Source: a virus (lineage: Duplodnaviria; Caudoviricetes). Taken from it: 61,195 nt of DNA. Location of the stretch: positions 1 to 61,195 of the IMG/VR virus record IMGVR_UViG_3300029448_000030. One strand, written 5' to 3'. This document shows, in pieces, positions 57,274-61,195 of the stretch. The notes below the pieces were generated by a model that worked only from the letters and a program-made list of their open reading frames with translations, ran no database searches and was not told the origin of the DNA. Positions within the stretch are counted from its first letter, which is position 1; the number at the start of each line of letters is the position of its first letter. Made by a program: the position numbers and the translations under genes.

Positions 57274-58986
57274 ATGATAGAAAACCAAGAGATCAATGGA
57301 TTCTTGATTGACACGTTCAATCAATATAACCTAGAAGTGGGTAAGAAACAAGGGATTTGTCCTTTATGTTCTCACACTAGAAAACCCAAAAATCAGAAAG
57401 CTAAATGTTGCTCTTATGATTGGGAACGGGGTCTCGGTACTTGTCATAATTGTAATACTACTTTACAACTACATACTTATCAACGCAAAGGAGCATCAGA
57501 TAAAGATTATGTAAGACCAGAAATAACTAAATATCTTTGTGTAAAAGATAAAGTTACTGAATGGTTTGAAAGTAGAGGTATATCTCAACAAACCTTAGAC
57601 GAACTTAAAGTTGGTCAAGGTTCTGAGTATATGCCACAAACTGGGAAGTCTGAGAACACTATACAATTTAATTATATAATTGGCGATCAACTTATTAATA
57701 TTAAATATAGAGATGGTCGTAAGAATTTTAAACTATATAAAGGAGCAGAGAAAATATTTTATAATATTAATAGTGTTATAGGATATGACAGTTGCATTAT
57801 AACTGAAGGTGAAATGGACGTGTTAGCGTTACATGAAGCTGGAATTAAAAATGTTATATCAGTTCCAAATGGAGCAACACTAACTCATAATAATTTAGAT
57901 TACTTAGATAATTGTATAGATTATTTTGAAGGTAAAACTAAAATAATATTAGCAGTAGATACAGATGAACCTGGATTGGCTTTAAGATCAGAATTAGTTA
58001 GACGATTAGGAGCTGAAGTTTGTTTTTTAGTAGACTTTAAAGAATGTAAAGACGCTAATGAATATTTAATAAAACATGGCAAAGAAAAATTACAAGAGTG
58101 TATTACAAAAGCGAGGGCCTATCCCCTCGAAAATGTCACAACGTTCAAAGACATTGAGGGAGACGTTACAGATTTTGTCAAGAACGGATTCAAGCCTGGA
58201 TTCCAGGTCGGTTTACCAAACTTTGATAGAATTTTTTCAACGTATACCGGTCAGTTTATTACTGTTACTGGGATACCTAGTAGCGGTAAGTCTGATTTTG
58301 TTGACCAAATGGTTGTAGGTTATAATGCAAATTATAACTGGAAAACAGCTTTTGCTTCACCAGAAAATGCACCTAACTATTTACATGCTCATAAGTTGAT
58401 GAGAAAAGTCTGGGGTGATATGCCTAGACGAGACGATATTGGCGGAGCTAAATGGAATGAAGTTGCTGACCACGTAAATGATAATTTCTTTTTTATTGAT
58501 ATGGAAAGATATACTCTTGAATCTGTATTACGTAAAGGAGCAGAGCTAGTTAAACGTAAAGGTATTAAATGTTTAGTTATTGACCCGTTTAATAAAGTTA
58601 GAGATAAAAATGCTACATCTATAGATGTTAATATATATACTATGGAGTATCTTACTAAAATAGAAAATTTTGCTAAGAAATATGATGTGTTAGTTTTTAT
58701 TGTAGCTCATCCAACTAAAATGTATAAAGATAAAGACGGTAAGATTGAAGAACCTACTATGTATAATATTAAAGGTGGTGGTGAATGGTATGATGCTAGT
58801 TATCACGGCTTGTTAGTACATAGAGATTATGAACTTAAAAATACTAAAGTTAAAGTTCTTAAAGTTAAATTCCAAAATCTTGGAGATAATGGAGCTGAAG
58901 CTTTCTTTACGTGGGAACCTAATTCAGGTAGTTTTATACCACAAGTAACTGATGTTATAAATAATGAGCCAATGCCTTGGGAATAA
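57274..58986 (+). CDS. Primase-helicase (T7 gp4/Twinkle-like)
   Basis: CPLC...CHNC zinc finger, TOPRIM ITEGEMD/DTD, Walker A GIPSSGKS, LVIDP, VAHP. Confidence 0.9.
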   Translation: MIENQEINGFLIDTFNQYNLEVGKKQGICPLCSHTRKPKNQKAKCCSYDWERGLGTCHNCNTTLQLHTYQRKGASDKDYVRPEITKYLCVKDKVTEWFESRGISQQTLDELKVGQGSEYMPQTGKSENTIQFNYIIGDQLINIKYRDGRKNFKLYKGAEKIFYNINSVIGYDSCIITEGEMDVLALHEAGIKNVISVPNGATLTHNNLDYLDNCIDYFEGKTKIILAVDTDEPGLALRSELVRRLGAEVCFLVDFKECKDANEYLIKHGKEKLQECITKARAYPLENVTTFKDIEGDVTDFVKNGFKPGFQVGLPNFDRIFSTYTGQFITVTGIPSSGKSDFVDQMVVGYNANYNWKTAFASPENAPNYLHAHKLMRKVWGDMPRRDDIGGAKWNEVADHVNDNFFFIDMERYTLESVLRKGAELVKRKGIKCLVIDPFNKVRDKNATSIDVNIYTMEYLTKIENFAKKYDVLVFIVAHPTKMYKDKDGKIEEPTMYNIKGGGEWYDASYHGLLVHRDYELKNTKVKVLKVKFQNLGDNGAEAFFTWEPNSGSFIPQVTDVINNEPMPWE

Positions 58987-59238
58987 ATGCCAAGAATAAA
59001 GAAAAACAAAATGGGTCAGTATATGCCAACTACTGATGAGTATAAAGCTTATCATTGGTGTATAAACAATATGATATATATATCACCTTTCGCAAGTGGT
59101 GAAGGAACATGGTATATTGACATACAAATAAATAATAAAAAACATAGATCTCCAGAGACATACGGTTCTGTAACTATATGGATTAAGATTTATGAATATT
59201 ATAAATACTATTATATTAAATATGCGAACAAAGTTTAG
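58987..59238 (+). CDS. Hypothetical protein
   Basis: 83-aa ORF. Confidence 0.6.
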   Translation: MPRIKKNKMGQYMPTTDEYKAYHWCINNMIYISPFASGEGTWYIDIQINNKKHRSPETYGSVTIWIKIYEYYKYYYIKYANKV

Positions 59239-59875
59239 AAATGCAGAAGAAGCTTACAACTATTTTCTTGATAAAATTATAGTTGATGGTATACCTCAGG
59301 GAGATACTAAAGCTTTATTCAATATAGGATTTACCATGAATAAACCTATGGAAAATTATATAGTAAACGAAGAACGTAATTGGAAATTAAGATATGCAGA
59401 AGCTGAATGGGAATGGTATTTATCAGGTGATTCTAATATTAAAAAATTAGGAGATATATATGGTAAAGTACCAGCGATATGGGAACGTATGGCTGACAGT
59501 GAAGGATATGTTAACTCAAATTACGGATGGCAATGGCAAAGACAAGACCAAATAGATTATGTCGTTGCTAAATTAAGAAACCAAATAAAAACCAATAAAC
59601 CAACAAGACATGCAGCGATTTCAATTTACGACGCTAAGGAGTGGCGTCAATATAGTAAAGATACTCCTTGTACTTACGCAGTACAGTTTTATATATTACA
59701 TAATGCATTAAACATGTGCGTTGTGATGCGTTCTAATGATCTCTGGTACGGCTTCTGTAATGATCAGTATCAGTTTTCATCATTACAAAAAATGATTGCA
59801 GATATGTTGTCTATTGATGTAGGAACATATTATCATTTTGCTCACAACTTACACTTATATAATAATAAACTCTAA
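59222..59875 (+). CDS. Thymidylate-synthase-fold enzyme, dCMP hydroxymethylase-like
   Basis: VNSNYGW, DTPCT, MRSNDLWYGFCND, H.AHNLHLY; start likely 59222. Confidence 0.75.
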   Translation: MRTKFRNAEEAYNYFLDKIIVDGIPQGDTKALFNIGFTMNKPMENYIVNEERNWKLRYAEAEWEWYLSGDSNIKKLGDIYGKVPAIWERMADSEGYVNSNYGWQWQRQDQIDYVVAKLRNQIKTNKPTRHAAISIYDAKEWRQYSKDTPCTYAVQFYILHNALNMCVVMRSNDLWYGFCNDQYQFSSLQKMIADMLSIDVGTYYHFAHNLHLYNNKL

Positions 59876-60666
59876 TGTATTACATATATCATATACCAGG
59901 AAAAAAAATAGGTGTTACTCGTAATTTAAAAAACCGTGTTACATTAATGCAAGGTTATAAAAAAGGAGAATACGAGGTATTAGAAACACATGAAGATATA
60001 GATTATGTATCTAAAAGAGAATTAGAGTTACAAAATGATTATGGTTATAGAATAGATAATAAATCATATAAAGAATTAGTTAATAATAATAATAAAAAAA
60101 TGAATGTAAACATCACAGAGCAAACTACTACATTTCCATGTCCAGTTAATAAGCTTAAAGGACAGTTGATGGATAATTTAGATATGAGCTGGAAAACACA
60201 ACACGGTATATTTACGCTAGATAAATATATGGTTACATGGATAATGGATAACGCTAGAGTATCTATGTATAATAATGACAGAAGCTATGTATATAATAAA
60301 GCATTAGCTGAGTGGTTTAATGAACGAAATAGTTTAGAATCTTTAATTGATTATGGTGATAATATAGAAAGGATAGAGATATTTAATAAAATAAGATATT
60401 GGGCTAAGACTAGAGGATTGTTTGATGAAGGAGATACTAAAACTCAATATATTAAATTACAAGAAGAGGCAGGTGAATTAGCTAAAGCATTATTAAAACA
60501 TGATGAATTAGAAGTAATAGATGCTATTGGTGATATGGTAGTAGTATTAACTAATCTAGCTCATATACAAGGAGTGAGCATAGAAAGGTGTATAGCATGT
60601 GCTTATGATGTAATCAATAAGCGCACAGGTAAAATGATTAACGGAACATTTGTAAAAGATGAATAA
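59875..60666 (+). CDS. GIY-YIG-like N-terminus fused to a MazG-like NTP pyrophosphohydrolase
   Basis: YIYHIPGKKIGVT..LK.R; KLQEEAGEL...DAIGD. Confidence 0.7.
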   Translation: MYYIYHIPGKKIGVTRNLKNRVTLMQGYKKGEYEVLETHEDIDYVSKRELELQNDYGYRIDNKSYKELVNNNNKKMNVNITEQTTTFPCPVNKLKGQLMDNLDMSWKTQHGIFTLDKYMVTWIMDNARVSMYNNDRSYVYNKALAEWFNERNSLESLIDYGDNIERIEIFNKIRYWAKTRGLFDEGDTKTQYIKLQEEAGELAKALLKHDELEVIDAIGDMVVVLTNLAHIQGVSIERCIACAYDVINKRTGKMINGTFVKDE

Positions 60667-60970
60667 TTATAACGTAAAGACTGAAGATAAAATCGTACAA
60701 CAAGTTATCGAAAAGATAGATCAACGTAGTCTGGTTGGTCAAGCTAAGTACGGTGCAATGATGATGGAAGAAGTTGAAGGCAAAGATAAAGACTTAAACG
60801 ACTTTCTAATCGATGTACAAGAAGAAATAATGGATGCATTGTTATACATACAAGCAGCAAGAGCTTGCTTACGTGATGAAATTGAAGAAGCAATGCTCAA
60901 CCGTATGAACATTATTGGTCAAAACGGTAATGACGGATTACATTATGAAGAAGAAGAGAACGAATTATAA
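60659..60970 (+). CDS. All-alpha NTP pyrophosphatase-like protein
   Basis: RS.VG.AKYG...QEEIMDALLY. Confidence 0.5.
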   Translation: MNNYNVKTEDKIVQQVIEKIDQRSLVGQAKYGAMMMEEVEGKDKDLNDFLIDVQEEIMDALLYIQAARACLRDEIEEAMLNRMNIIGQNGNDGLHYEEEENEL

Positions 60971-61195
60971 AAGAAAACGCGGACCTGTACAAGCAAAGAA
61001 GGTAACGTACGACGGTATCAAATTTGCTTCAGGTCTTGAGCGTTATATGTATCAAGCTCTTAAAAAAGCTAAGATCAAAGCTAAATACGAAGGTAAAACT
61101 TATGAAATAGTTTCTGGTTTTGACTTTATACATCCATCGTTTGAAAGAACTGCTAATGGTAAAGGAGAGTTTAAACAACGTGGTGGTAAAAAAAT
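60945..61195 (+). CDS. Endonuclease (DUF1064/T7 endo I-like), truncated by the window end
   Basis: Manual ORF KKVTYDGIKFASGLERYMY..LK......YE. Confidence 0.6.
   Translation, partial: MKKKRTNYKRKRGPVQAKKVTYDGIKFASGLERYMYQALKKAKIKAKYEGKTYEIVSGFDFIHPSFERTANGKGEFKQRGGKK

Noticed and set aside
26902-58318. Same-strand nested ORFs at 26902, 27586, 31233 and 58076
   Set aside because: They are out-of-frame ORFs inside longer genes (terL, the 465-aa ORF, the primase-helicase), with no supporting signals.

Overview
This is an AT-rich ~61-kb fragment of a tailed dsDNA phage genome, most likely infecting Bacteroidetes/Flavobacteriia (AT-rich, SD-less start contexts; Bacteroidetes-type ECF sigma; crAss-like virion gene order). 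Positions 1-46.7 kb are one minus-strand late region. In transcription order it holds small basic genes, fibre genes, GroEL/GroES, small putative head-cargo genes, holin, terminase, portal, scaffold, major capsid, tail rings, a split muzzle, a GNAT, three ejection proteins (up to 2651 aa) and a secreted/outer-membrane protein. After a divergent non-coding switch (~46.7-47.0 kb), the plus strand carries small early genes, two sigma factors, ERF/RecE-like recombination, SSB, primase-helicase, a dCMP-hydroxymethylase-like enzyme and MazG-like pyrophosphatases. Signals found by reading the DNA: (1) two fixed-spacing bipartite promoter-like motifs, CACGGACTT-N16-GATAMTA (early) and GTAAA-N15-GTRA(T/G)(T/A/G)ATA (late/replication); (2) a sigma region-2-like segment inside the giant ejection protein, flanked by an HExxH protease motif and repeated KFS motifs; (3) three anticodon-less tRNA-like elements (acceptor stem plus T-arm), each just upstream of an early ORF; (4) a shared xP[LVA]K[QM] motif in otherwise unrelated late proteins. 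All calls come from motif recognition by eye; no database searches were run.
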